NCBI GenBank assembly: GCA_016839745.1
Contig: JAEOTS010000157.1
Location: forward strand, 1 to 64,000
Source of the DNA: Promethearchaeota archaeon
GTDB taxonomy: Archaea; Asgardarchaeota; Lokiarchaeia; Sigyniarchaeales; SOKP01
DNA: 64,000 bases
Direction: 5' to 3'
This document shows, piece by piece, positions 18,990-29,493 of this stretch. The notes below the pieces were generated by a model. The model was not told the DNA's origin. It saw only the letters and a list, made by a program, of their open reading frames with translations, and did no database searches. The first letter of the stretch is position 1, and the number at the start of each line of letters is the position of its first letter. Position numbers and translations under genes: made by a program.

Positions 18990-19658
18990 ATGAAATATTT
19001 CTTGGATAGTGCTAAAATAGATGAGATTAAGTATGCCCTGGTAAAATGGAAAATAGATGGAGTTACTTCCAACCCAAAACATATTAAGAGTTCAGGCAAG
19101 CCCTTTTTCACAGTTATAAAAGAATTTGCGGAGGAATTTAAAGACATGGATTTCCCGATCTCTGTTGAGATTGATCCTCACCTAGAAGACGCGAAAGATA
19201 TGATTAAGATGGCAACTGAGATTGCAGGTATATCTAAAAATTTCGTGATCAAAATTCCATGCACAGAACAAGGGCTAGTTGCTACTAAAAACCTAGTTGA
19301 GGAAGGTATAAAAGTAAATGTAACTTTAGTGTTTACAACATCACAAGCTATTCAAGTAGGGCGATTAGGGGCGAAATATTGCTCTCCATTTGTCGGATGG
19401 CAAGAAAGTGTTGGAGTAGATTGTTATGGTTTAATTAGCGATATAAAAACAGTTTACCAGAATTACGACTTCGAAACCGAAATAATAGTTGCCGCAGTTA
19501 GATCTGCGAAGCAAATCGTTGATGCCGCGTTAATTGGAGCTGATATAGTTACTGCCGGATTCGAGGTCTATAAGGATAGTTTTTATCATCCTTTTACTGA
19601 TAAGGGATTAAAGATTTTTCAAGATGCTTGGGATGATACCGAGTTAGGCTCTCTATAA
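18990..19658 (+). CDS. sqvA: Sulfofructose transaldolase (SqvA/SftT type)
   Basis: Transaldolase fold (FLDSA, GVTSNP, VIKIP, NVTLVF) with SPFVGW rather than SPFVGR; adjacent to an isomerase and a GH31. Confidence 0.8.
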   Translation: MKYFLDSAKIDEIKYALVKWKIDGVTSNPKHIKSSGKPFFTVIKEFAEEFKDMDFPISVEIDPHLEDAKDMIKMATEIAGISKNFVIKIPCTEQGLVATKNLVEEGIKVNVTLVFTTSQAIQVGRLGAKYCSPFVGWQESVGVDCYGLISDIKTVYQNYDFETEIIVAAVRSAKQIVDAALIGADIVTAGFEVYKDSFYHPFTDKGLKIFQDAWDDTELGSL

Positions 19659-19672
19659 AATGGTGAATATTT

Positions 19673-20989
19673 TTGAAAGAAAAAATTAAAGTTGGAGTTG
19701 TTTGTATAGCAAGAAAGACTTTTGATTATAATGCCGCAGGAGAAATTTTTAAAGATATTCAATCAAATTTAAAAAAAATTGAAACTATCGAATGGGTAAT
19801 CAACACAGAATTAATAATTGAAATTAAGGATGCTCAAGCAACAGCTCAGGATTTGAAATCAAAAAATATTGATGGATTAGTTTGCATTAGCGGAACTTTT
19901 GCATTAGGACACTTGATTTTAGAATTAAATAAAGTACTTCAAAAGCCAATTTTACTGTGGGGTTTAGAGGAATTACCATACGACGGAGGAAAAATTCGTC
20001 TTAACTCGGTATGCGGAATAAATTTAAACTCAAGTAATTTGTATAAAGCAGGAGTAAAAAACTATCATGTTATAATTGGAGACCAAATAGACGAAGATTG
20101 GTTAGATGCGTTAAGAATTATAAAAGCTTTCGCAACAAAACATATTGGGATAATAGGTTACAGAGCTAAGGGGTTTTTTAATTTAGATATTGATGAATTA
20201 GATTTATATAAAGAACTTGGTCTTCTCATTGATCACTACGAATTAAATGAAATTTATAATTTTGATGTTGATGCAGATAAAGTTAAAGAAGGAATTGAAC
20301 AAATAAAGAAAATTTTTGATGTTTCAGCTATTTCTGAACAACAATTAGGTAAGGTTGCAGAACTTACAATTAAGTTTACTGAATTTATGGAAAGTAATCA
20401 ATTAGATGCTTTAGCTATTAGATGTTGGCCTGAATTTGCCGCTGATTTTGGTATTGCTCCATGTGCTGCAATGTCAATATTACAAGCTGAAGGTAAAATA
20501 TTAACGTGTGAAGGGGATATACTCGGGTGTTTATCTGTGGTTGCACATTCTGCAATTGGAGCAGAAACACCTTATTTAGCGGATTTTTCTCAAGTAGATT
20601 TTAAGGAGAGTTTCGCTTTATTATGGCATTGTGGAGTAGCTCCTTGTAATCTCTGGGATGGAAATTGTAATCGATCTTTGGAACCCTATTTTGCAGGAGG
20701 AAAAGGAGTGACCGCTGATTTTGTCATGAAATCTGGACAGGTCTCATTTTTAAGAATTGATTACGCTCCTAGAGAGTATCGTCTCTTTTTGCAGAAGGGA
20801 ATTATAATTCCGATGGAAAAAGAATTGAAAGGTACTTATGCTAAAGTAGTTTTTGAAGATCATGTACGGGATGTTTTGAAGAAGATAATTGATAATGGAA
20901 TAGCTCATCACTTATCTGTTGTATATGATGATTATATCCGACCATTAGAAATATTCGCAAAGATTAAAGGATGGGATGTAATTCAATAA
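19673..20989 (+). CDS. L-fucose/arabinose isomerase-like protein, probable sulfoquinovose isomerase (SqvD/SftI type)
   Basis: LNSVCG, AIRCWPEF, CEGD, WHCG, GIAHH; operon context. Confidence 0.75.
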   Translation: MKEKIKVGVVCIARKTFDYNAAGEIFKDIQSNLKKIETIEWVINTELIIEIKDAQATAQDLKSKNIDGLVCISGTFALGHLILELNKVLQKPILLWGLEELPYDGGKIRLNSVCGINLNSSNLYKAGVKNYHVIIGDQIDEDWLDALRIIKAFATKHIGIIGYRAKGFFNLDIDELDLYKELGLLIDHYELNEIYNFDVDADKVKEGIEQIKKIFDVSAISEQQLGKVAELTIKFTEFMESNQLDALAIRCWPEFAADFGIAPCAAMSILQAEGKILTCEGDILGCLSVVAHSAIGAETPYLADFSQVDFKESFALLWHCGVAPCNLWDGNCNRSLEPYFAGGKGVTADFVMKSGQVSFLRIDYAPREYRLFLQKGIIIPMEKELKGTYAKVVFEDHVRDVLKKIIDNGIAHHLSVVYDDYIRPLEIFAKIKGWDVIQ

Positions 20990-21007
20990 TAAATTAAAAT
21001 CTGATTA

Positions 21008-22990
21008 TTGTTAAAAATGTTAAAAATTGAATCAATAGATAGCGGTTTTAAGCTGTATTATAAGGACTATTTTATTTTAGAACATTCCAACCAAAATCCG
21101 TGTGTAAAAATTGGGAGTGGGAAAGGAAAATTCAAATCACATCACGGTCACTTTAAAATAAAAGAAAAAGATGTTGTTGAACTACAGCTTCGAGAGTATG
21201 AAATATTAAGTCAAGAAGACAATAAAATTGAAATGGCGTTTAGAGCCGGAGAAAATATGCTTAATATCTCGTATAGCATAATTGAAGATCGCCTAGAAAT
21301 TAGATCTTTGTCGAAAAATATAGATATCAATAGATTTTGGCTTAAGATACGGGCAAATGAAAGTGAAGCAATATACGGATGTGGAGAACAATTTTCTGAA
21401 GTAAATTTAAGAGGAAAAAAAGTCCCTTTATGGGTTGAAGAACAAGGCGTAGGACGAGGTGATCCTCCTATAACAGGTGATTGGTATACAACTTATTTTC
21501 CTCAACCAACCTTTGTTTCGTCAGAAAACTATTATTTCCACAGTGAGAGCTTCTGTTATGCTGTGTTTGATTTTACTCATCCTGAGTACCACGAGTTATA
21601 TTTCTGGAATATCCCAGATAAAATTATAATTGGAAAGTATCAAACTGCTCTTGATACTGTCTCTCATCTTTCAAAATATTTAGGAAGGCAACCAGAATTA
21701 CCTGAATGGGTTTATGATGGAGTATGGTTGGGGATACAAGGTGGAAAGAATATTGTTATGGAAAAAATAAGAAAGAGTTTAGAGAAAGGGGTAAGCATTG
21801 GAGCCGTATGGTGTCAAGACTGGCAAGGAGTGAATATTATTGGGCCGACTAAAAGGTTGCTATGGAACTGGGAATACGATGATATATTGTATCCGGATTT
21901 ACCAGCATTCATAAAGAACCTTAATAGTGAGGGGATAAAATTTCTTGGATATATCAATTCTATGCTTGCTCCTAACGGAAATCAACATAGAGAAGCTATT
22001 GAAAAAGGATTATGTATCAAGGATCAAAATGGAAACGCCTATATTATTAAAACTGATAGTGGAGATAAAATTTTGCTAGATCTCAGTAATCCTGATACTC
22101 TTAAATGGTTAAAGGGCGTAATAAAAGAGAACATGATAAATATCGGATTATCTGGTTGGATGGCTGATTATGGAGAATATCTTCCAACTAAAGTTGTGTT
22201 ACACTCCGGAGAGGATCCCAAGGACTTTCATAATAAATACCCTGTAATCTTTGCAAAAACTAATTTGGAAGCACTAGAAGAAGCCGGGAGGTTAGGTGAT
22301 ATAGTGTTTTTCACAAGAGCGGGTTATTCTCATCTATCACAATATACAACCCTATTATGGGCTGGAGATCAACTTGTTAATTGGAGCATGCATGATGGAT
22401 TACCAACAGTAATTGTTGCGGGAATCTCGTCAGGAATTTGTGGAATAGGGTATTATCATTATGATATTGGTGGTTTCCATTCATTGGATAATATTTATAG
22501 AGATAAAGAGATTTTCATGAGATGGGCTGAAATGGCCGTTTTTACAATGACAATGCGAACTCACGAAAGCATTAGACCATACGATAATTGGCAATTTGAT
22601 TCTGATGACGAAACTCTTGAATTTTTTGCAAAAATGAGTCAAAGATTTTCTTATTTAAAACCATATTTGCAATATATATCAAATGAGTATATAAAAAAGG
22701 GATTTCCACCCATTAGAGCATGTTATCTCCACTATGAAAATGATCCTAAACTTCATAAAATCAAATATCAATATCTTTTTGGTCAAGATTTGTTGGTAGC
22801 CCCTGTAATAAAGCCAAATTCAAGTGAAGGGGAAGTTTATTTTCCGGATGATATTTGGATTCATATTTGGTCAGGGATAGAATTTAAAAAAGGTGTTAAA
22901 AAAGTTAAAGCTCCTATAGGACAACCTCCGGTTTTTTATCGAAAAGATTCAAAATTTTCCGAGTTATTCTGTAAATTAAAAGATGTATAG
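21008..22990 (+). CDS. yihQ: GH31 sulfoquinovosidase-like glycosidase
   Basis: YGCGEQFS, EQGVGR, LGIQGG, WCQDW, RLLWNW, WMADYGEYLP, WAGDQ, MRTHE. Confidence 0.8.
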   Translation: MLKMLKIESIDSGFKLYYKDYFILEHSNQNPCVKIGSGKGKFKSHHGHFKIKEKDVVELQLREYEILSQEDNKIEMAFRAGENMLNISYSIIEDRLEIRSLSKNIDINRFWLKIRANESEAIYGCGEQFSEVNLRGKKVPLWVEEQGVGRGDPPITGDWYTTYFPQPTFVSSENYYFHSESFCYAVFDFTHPEYHELYFWNIPDKIIIGKYQTALDTVSHLSKYLGRQPELPEWVYDGVWLGIQGGKNIVMEKIRKSLEKGVSIGAVWCQDWQGVNIIGPTKRLLWNWEYDDILYPDLPAFIKNLNSEGIKFLGYINSMLAPNGNQHREAIEKGLCIKDQNGNAYIIKTDSGDKILLDLSNPDTLKWLKGVIKENMINIGLSGWMADYGEYLPTKVVLHSGEDPKDFHNKYPVIFAKTNLEALEEAGRLGDIVFFTRAGYSHLSQYTTLLWAGDQLVNWSMHDGLPTVIVAGISSGICGIGYYHYDIGGFHSLDNIYRDKEIFMRWAEMAVFTMTMRTHESIRPYDNWQFDSDDETLEFFAKMSQRFSYLKPYLQYISNEYIKKGFPPIRACYLHYENDPKLHKIKYQYLFGQDLLVAPVIKPNSSEGEVYFPDDIWIHIWSGIEFKKGVKKVKAPIGQPPVFYRKDSKFSELFCKLKDV

Positions 22991-23101
22991 GATTTTTATA
23001 ATTTTGAAACATTTAGTCTTTAGTATTGGTATTAATTACATTAAATATTTAGATCATTTGAACAATTTTCCTATTTGCCCAATTAAAAAGATGATACTTT
23101 A

Positions 23102-24304
23102 ATGGATATTTACGATGAAATTTTTAAAATGTGTTCTGAGCATGGTATAACTTTCTATTCTACTCTACCTTGCTCACATAATTTACAATTTATACAAAAG
23201 CTTGAAGAGCTTGATGGAAAAACCTTAGAAAATACAGATAAGCCATTGATTCACATTCCCCTTGTAAGGGAAGAAAGTGGAGTGTCATTGAACGCCGGAG
23301 CTTATCTTGGAGGTAGAAAAACCGCCATGGTAATTCAAAACCAAGGTCTAGGCAACATGCTCACCCAGATGCTTTCGTTAAATAGCCATCTTGATGGTTC
23401 ATACAGAATTCCTAATTTATTAATAATAAGTCATCGAGGGTTAGAGAATGAAAAAATCAGTGCTCAAAAGCCTGTTGGTTCAAAATCAAAAGAGATTCTA
23501 GATTTAGTTGGATTTAAGCATTGTTCTGTTAAATATATTTCAGATCTTAAAAAGTTTCAAGAATTATTAGAAGAATATGACAAAGGACAACATATAGCAT
23601 TATTAGTAGAACCTGATCATTCTAAACCTCTTTATAGAATTGAAAGTAAGAAAAATATAACAAGGAATTTCAAAGGCACCACAATTCCAATGAAAAGAGT
23701 CCAAGTTAATATGACCAGACATAAAGTGATCTCTGAAATTGTAAATCAAATAGAAAAAGAATTTATTCTTTCTAATATCGGTCATCCAAGCAGAGAATTA
23801 CATAAGTTAAAAGATAGGGAGAGAAATTTTTATTTTACATCGTGTCTAGGACATTCCTATACCTTAGCGCTTGGACTAGCGTTAAGTTTAGAGGATATAA
23901 ATCAGAAGATTATATGTTTTGAAGGTGATGGAGGACTATTGATGAATGCTGGGTCTTTATCGATCTTAGCTCATAAAAAACCAAAGAATTTAATTGTAAT
24001 CCTTCTGGATAATGGAGTATGGGGGTCCACCGGAAATACTGAAACCTATGCTTTAAATGATGTAAATTTAAGCGGTGTAGCTCAAGCTTATGGATTTCCA
24101 GAATCTAATATCAAAATTATATCAAAATCAGAATATCTAGCAGAATGTTTGAGAAAGGCTCTAAAAAACGATGGTCCTTTTCTATTTCATGTTATTATTA
24201 CAGATGAGTACGAAAATGTTCCTATTTTGCCACTTTCTGTTGTGGAGATTAAGGAAAGATTCATGAAATCAATTGAAGATGCTAGAGCATCTAAAGATTC
24301 TTAA
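23102..24304 (+). CDS. comDE: Fused sulfopyruvate decarboxylase alpha+beta (ComD-ComE-like, TPP-dependent)
   Basis: REESGVSLNAGAYLGG..QNQGLGN..SHRG..EKISAQKP (alpha); SNIGHPSREL..DRERNFY..GDGGLLMN..DNGVWGSTG (beta). Confidence 0.8.
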   Translation: MDIYDEIFKMCSEHGITFYSTLPCSHNLQFIQKLEELDGKTLENTDKPLIHIPLVREESGVSLNAGAYLGGRKTAMVIQNQGLGNMLTQMLSLNSHLDGSYRIPNLLIISHRGLENEKISAQKPVGSKSKEILDLVGFKHCSVKYISDLKKFQELLEEYDKGQHIALLVEPDHSKPLYRIESKKNITRNFKGTTIPMKRVQVNMTRHKVISEIVNQIEKEFILSNIGHPSRELHKLKDRERNFYFTSCLGHSYTLALGLALSLEDINQKIICFEGDGGLLMNAGSLSILAHKKPKNLIVILLDNGVWGSTGNTETYALNDVNLSGVAQAYGFPESNIKIISKSEYLAECLRKALKNDGPFLFHVIITDEYENVPILPLSVVEIKERFMKSIEDARASKDS

Positions 24305-24422
24305 TAAGTTTTTAACAATTCAAAGAACAAAACCAAATATAATACTTTTTTTTCTCTTAAACATTTTTCTATCCAAATATTTTATTTTACTACTACGAAT
24401 CTGAGGATCAAGGCAAAAGATA

Positions 24423-25637
24423 GTGACTGAAGATAGGGTGCAAGTTTATGCATATCGTTGGTTTCTTTTAATTGTTTTTATGTTAGGAAATTTATCATTG
24501 CAGATTTTGTGGATCTCTTATGCGACGGTAACTTTAGAAGCGGCTAACTACTATAATGTAGGTGAATTTGAGATTCTTTTTTTATCGACGATTTTTATGA
24601 TTGTCTATATCCCTGTTTCGTTTTTTGCGACTTGGTTTATCAACAAATTTGGTTTCAGGATAGGTGTTGGATTAGGAGCTATGATTAATGGAGTTTTTGG
24701 GTTCCTAAGAGTTTTAGCTGGACCAAATTATCTTTTAGTTCTATTCATTCAAATCATGATATCTGTAAGCCAGCCGTTTTTCCTAAACAGTGTTTCATTA
24801 TTATCCGCAAATTGGTTTCCCGAATCGGAACGCAATACAGCAACTGGTCTTTCAGTAATCTCTCAACTTTTAGGTATTGCTCTTGGTATGGTTTTAACCC
24901 CAATTATAGTTATAACCTTCAATCTTGAAGTAATGTTACTAATTTATGGATTATATTCGTTAATTATTGGAATACTTTTCGTAATAATAGCTCGGGATAA
25001 ACCGCCCACATCACCATCAATCACGGTTAAAAAAGAGCGTACTGAGTTAAAAGGTGGTTTAAAAATGCTCTTACTTAATAAACAGTTCGGGATTATAATT
25101 ATTATATTTTTTGTAGGTCTTGGAGCATTTAATATGGTATCAACTTATATTGAGCTTATTGTTGTTCCCAGAGGTTTAAAAGCTATCGAAGTCGGGAATC
25201 TTGGGGGATTATTGATTTTGGGTGGGATAATAGGAGCTGTATTGATGTCAACCTTAGCAGATAAATTGAGAAAAAGGGCATTGTTAATAAAAATCTCGCT
25301 ACTAGTTGCCGTTACTTCTTTTTTCGTCATATCATTTGCGAGTACTACAGTTATGCTGTATATTTTCGGATTTCTATTAGGGTTCGGCTTATTATCTGTT
25401 GGTCCTGTTTTATTAGAATATGCCGTTGACATTACTGTGCCTGTTCCGGAAGCAAGTTCCAACGGGATGTTAATGGTGGTAGGTTCGATTAGTGGGATAT
25501 TGTTCATTTTGGGATTTGAAGGATTCACTACTCCATCCGGAGATTATTTTCCGGCATTGATGGTATTATCTGTCCTTTCGCTAATCTCATTTCTTCTCTC
25601 CTTTATTCTAAAAGAAGTTAAAAAAGAAGGAATTTAA
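24423..25637 (+). CDS. MFS transporter
   Basis: About 12 TM segments; WFPESERNTATG, ADKLRKR. Confidence 0.9.
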   Translation: MTEDRVQVYAYRWFLLIVFMLGNLSLQILWISYATVTLEAANYYNVGEFEILFLSTIFMIVYIPVSFFATWFINKFGFRIGVGLGAMINGVFGFLRVLAGPNYLLVLFIQIMISVSQPFFLNSVSLLSANWFPESERNTATGLSVISQLLGIALGMVLTPIIVITFNLEVMLLIYGLYSLIIGILFVIIARDKPPTSPSITVKKERTELKGGLKMLLLNKQFGIIIIIFFVGLGAFNMVSTYIELIVVPRGLKAIEVGNLGGLLILGGIIGAVLMSTLADKLRKRALLIKISLLVAVTSFFVISFASTTVMLYIFGFLLGFGLLSVGPVLLEYAVDITVPVPEASSNGMLMVVGSISGILFILGFEGFTTPSGDYFPALMVLSVLSLISFLLSFILKEVKKEGI

Positions 25638-25770
25638 TCCCTCTCATTTTTTTCAGATAACCGATCTTATCAAGCATATCAAAACGATTGTCAAAAAATA
25701 AAAAAGACATGTAATATTTCTTTTCTCAAATTATTATTTTGTAGCTAATTTTTATTGAGGATGTATCTAC

Positions 25771-26748
25771 TTGACAAATGATAAAACTATTGAGTCGCTC
25801 GTTGATAGGTTTAAGAAGAAAGATAAAATTGCTTTAGCAAGATTAATTACCATTGTTGAAAATGAACCTGAGAATGCGTATAAGATTTTTAAGCATTTTG
25901 AAGATATAAACAACGATTCTTATATCATTGGATTGACTGGCTCTCCGGGAGTTGGCAAAAGTACTTTAACAGGAGCTATTTCTCAAAAAATATTAGATGA
26001 AGGAAAATCTGTAGGGATTATCTCTGTAGATCCAACGAGTCCTTTTAGCGGAGGAGCATTTTTAGGAGATAGAGTCCGCATGACTAATATCTCATTGCAT
26101 CCTAATGTGTTTATGCGTAGCCTTGCGTCAAGAGGGTATAAGGGAGGAATATCAAGAGCGGTATTTGACATTAGTATGTTGTACGAAGCTTTCGGTATGG
26201 ATATAATCATTATTGAAACGGTTGGAGTTGGACAAGCTGAATTTGACATCTACAATTTAGCATACACAGTTGTAGTTATCTTAGTTCCTGGTTACGGCGA
26301 TGTTATTCAGATGCAAAAAGCGGGGATTATCGAGATTGGAGATATCTACGATGTAAACAAAAAAGATTTAGGAGGAGAAGATATCGCTGTGCAAATTGAA
26401 ATGATGTTAGACGATACAACATTTCAAAGCGGTTATAGACCCCCAGTTGTATTAACTGACGCTATAAACGGTGAAGGCATCGACGAACTGCTCCAATATA
26501 TTTGGGATCACAAAGAACATCTTGAGTTATCCGAGCTTCTTAATGAAAAGAAAGAAAATAGATTCAATTATAAAATTACTGAATTAATTTATTCTAAAGT
26601 AGAGCAAATTGTTAAAAAAAGCTTCTTTAACCAAGGAAAGATCACAGAACTAGTTCAGCATGCAATGGATAATGGAAAGTTTAAAATTTATGAGATAATT
26701 CACAACAAGTTTGAAGTTATGAATTTAGAGATAAAAGACAAAGAATAA
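25771..26748 (+). CDS. meaB: MeaB/ArgK GTPase chaperone of B12 mutases
   Basis: GLTGSPGVGKST, VDPTSPFSGGAFLGDRVRM, ETVGVGQ, VNKKD. Confidence 0.93.
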   Translation: MTNDKTIESLVDRFKKKDKIALARLITIVENEPENAYKIFKHFEDINNDSYIIGLTGSPGVGKSTLTGAISQKILDEGKSVGIISVDPTSPFSGGAFLGDRVRMTNISLHPNVFMRSLASRGYKGGISRAVFDISMLYEAFGMDIIIIETVGVGQAEFDIYNLAYTVVVILVPGYGDVIQMQKAGIIEIGDIYDVNKKDLGGEDIAVQIEMMLDDTTFQSGYRPPVVLTDAINGEGIDELLQYIWDHKEHLELSELLNEKKENRFNYKITELIYSKVEQIVKKSFFNQGKITELVQHAMDNGKFKIYEIIHNKFEVMNLEIKDKE

Positions 26749-26844
26749 TCTTCTGGTCCTAATTCTTACCTACTTATCTTTTTACTTTAGATTTTAACTT
26801 TTTAAAGAATTAAAGATAAAACTTTTATAATTTTTTTCTGAATC

Positions 26845-27771
26845 GTGACTATGTCCCAGAAAATTAATCGAATTACACTTGAAGGAAAAATGGACGATTG
26901 GGGTCCATTTGGTAAAAACGAGGGGAAGTGGTTGATTTTTTCTATTGGTAATCCTGTAGAAGGTCATGGATACGCGTTACCAAGAAACATCGACGATTTA
27001 CATTCCCAACGCGTCGCTCATCTTATTTCATGTAGAACTGGAGCGAGATATGTCGCTCATATACCATGGGCAACTGATAATTTCACGGCAATTGCGAAAG
27101 ATTGGGCGCCCAAATCCATACCAGTTGAAGAAATCGTTCCAAATATCATAGATTTTATTAGATTTCATATTGAAATTTATAAAAAAATGAATTTACCGAC
27201 ATCATATATTTTTATTTATTCAGGACATGGCGGAAATAGACCTCTCGTTCACTATACTAATGAAATTCAAGATGCATTAAATTTAAAAAAACTAATTATT
27301 TCTGCTTCAGAAGATTTTGCTGAAGAAATCGAAGATAGAGTTTTAGATGAAGTAACTAAGCTTTCGATAGAACTCGCGAGAGAAGAAGAAAATCCAAGAC
27401 AGATTAAAAGAGAATTAATACAAATATTATTAAGCATCGCACATGCGGGTCATTTTGAACATTCACTCGGAGCTGCGTTAGGAGTATTGGATGAAACAAA
27501 ACTTGAGATTATGAATAAAGAGTTAGAAAGAGATTTCGAAGCGGCTCTTAATAAGTGGCCTCCGCTTGGTGGTTTAGGGGGTTTCTTACTTGCAGGAGAG
27601 GAGTATACAGAAGCATTAGGTACTAAAGATAACGATAAATTTGGGTTGTGGAAATGTTTAAAGCGTTTACGGAGACTAGACAATGGTAAAGTTAAAGTGT
27701 TCAAGAAATTAGGAGAATTAATGATTATCCTCTTAGTCGAATACTATTCCGACATGATTATGAATGTTTAA
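26845..27771 (+). CDS. Creatininase/ArfB-like metal amidohydrolase
   Basis: EGHG..LP...D, GHGGN, HAGHFEHS. Confidence 0.7.
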   Translation: MTMSQKINRITLEGKMDDWGPFGKNEGKWLIFSIGNPVEGHGYALPRNIDDLHSQRVAHLISCRTGARYVAHIPWATDNFTAIAKDWAPKSIPVEEIVPNIIDFIRFHIEIYKKMNLPTSYIFIYSGHGGNRPLVHYTNEIQDALNLKKLIISASEDFAEEIEDRVLDEVTKLSIELAREEENPRQIKRELIQILLSIAHAGHFEHSLGAALGVLDETKLEIMNKELERDFEAALNKWPPLGGLGGFLLAGEEYTEALGTKDNDKFGLWKCLKRLRRLDNGKVKVFKKLGELMIILLVEYYSDMIMNV

Positions 27772-27928
27772 AAAAATTACTTCTTTTATGGATTAGATCA
27801 ATCTTATTCCTAAATTACTAAAATTTTTTTTTAAAATATAACTTTAAATTAGTTCCAAACGTAAATTCATTTATTTAAAATATTTAAAATAAAAAAAAAC
27901 TCACTAAAATTTAATCGAGGTAATACAA

Positions 27929-29344
27929 ATGGAAAAAGAAACGATAGAGATTAAACACTCTAAAAAGAGTATGGTTTCTTATGGATTCGGGAAGTTTATT
28001 ACTGAATTCTTTAATATGTGCTTTGGTGCGTATGTTTTCTTCTTTTACGAACGCGTAATAGGCTTGGATGGGTTGTTTACTAGTATGGGATTTATCATTT
28101 TTGCCATATGGAATGCGGTGAATGACCCATTAGTAGGCTGGCTAACTAATAGACCGTTTAAATTTACAAAAAAATGGGGACGTCGTCTTCCCTGGGTTCT
28201 AATAGGAGGAGTTCCTTGGATATTAAGCTATTTGCTCATATTCACGCCCCCCGTTGTAGATCCAACCGAAGGTGCTTTCATTTTGTTTGCATGGATCGTG
28301 ATTATGACATGTTTATATGATACTTTTGCTTCAATATTTGGCGTCAATTTTTACTCAATCTTCCCAGACAAGTTTCGTGGCGATAGTGAACGTAGGAATG
28401 CCTCAATTTTAAGCACTCTAATTGGGGCTGTAGGAACTGCCTTTGGATCTATTATTCCTAGTCTTTTTATAGTATGGGATCAAAGAGATTCATATATACT
28501 CCAAGCAGGGGTAGTAGTTATTATCTGTATGATTGCATTAGCGCTTGCAATCCCTGGGAGCCGCGAGGATCAAGTGCGGATTGATTGTTATCTCGAGAGC
28601 TGTGAAGAGGGCATGGATAGGGAACCGTTTTTTAAAGAATTTAAAAGCGTCTTAAAACATAAAAACTTTATGGCTTACGTAATTTCTTTTATGTTTTATC
28701 AATCGTTAGTAGCTACTATGATTGGATCCATCGCATATGTTGCAGAATCTGTTGTACGTGTGGAAGCAAGCGATGTTATGCTAATAATGGCGTTTCTACT
28801 CATAGGAATGTTTGTTTCAATGCCTATTTGGGGAAAAATTGCGGATAAAACAAATAACGATCGAAAAACAATGATTATTGCTGCTGCTGTATTAACGATT
28901 GGGACGTTACCGCTCTTCTTCATTACTGATTATGTTATAATGATTATCTTTATATTCATTTGGGGTTTTTGTGAAGGCGGGTATTGGGTCATGATATCAC
29001 CAGTTTTTTCAATTACAATAGATGAAGCCGTAGTTATGGCTGGTCGAAGAAGAGAGGGAATATATCAAGGTTTTCAAACCTTTGTTAGCAGAGCAGCGCT
29101 AGTTTTTCAAGCTCTTACTTTCTACATTATACATACTGTTACAAACTTCGTCCCTGGCTCAGGAATTCCTGGTGATCCACTTCCTCCCCAACCACCTGAG
29201 GCAGTATTGGGGATTCAGATACATTTTGCAATAGTACCTATGATTTTCATGTTTATTGCGACTATCATTCTTTGGAGATTTTTTAATATAACGCCTGAGA
29301 AAGTAAAAGAAAACAAAGAAAAGCTAGCAGAATTGGGAATATAA
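27929..29344 (+). CDS. MFS transporter, GPH/MelB-like
   Basis: IWNAVNDPLVG, WGRRLPW, RREGIY. Confidence 0.9.
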   Translation: MEKETIEIKHSKKSMVSYGFGKFITEFFNMCFGAYVFFFYERVIGLDGLFTSMGFIIFAIWNAVNDPLVGWLTNRPFKFTKKWGRRLPWVLIGGVPWILSYLLIFTPPVVDPTEGAFILFAWIVIMTCLYDTFASIFGVNFYSIFPDKFRGDSERRNASILSTLIGAVGTAFGSIIPSLFIVWDQRDSYILQAGVVVIICMIALALAIPGSREDQVRIDCYLESCEEGMDREPFFKEFKSVLKHKNFMAYVISFMFYQSLVATMIGSIAYVAESVVRVEASDVMLIMAFLLIGMFVSMPIWGKIADKTNNDRKTMIIAAAVLTIGTLPLFFITDYVIMIIFIFIWGFCEGGYWVMISPVFSITIDEAVVMAGRRREGIYQGFQTFVSRAALVFQALTFYIIHTVTNFVPGSGIPGDPLPPQPPEAVLGIQIHFAIVPMIFMFIATIILWRFFNITPEKVKENKEKLAELGI

Positions 29345-29493
29345 TATATTAAATAAAACACATTAAAATTTTCAATTTTTTTATTTCTTTCTTTTGATAT
29401 TTTTGTCAATTTAAGATAAGTAAATTACGATTACTTCTTTAGAAATCCACACTTTTACAGTAATAATTAATATCAAATAATTTAAAATAAAAT

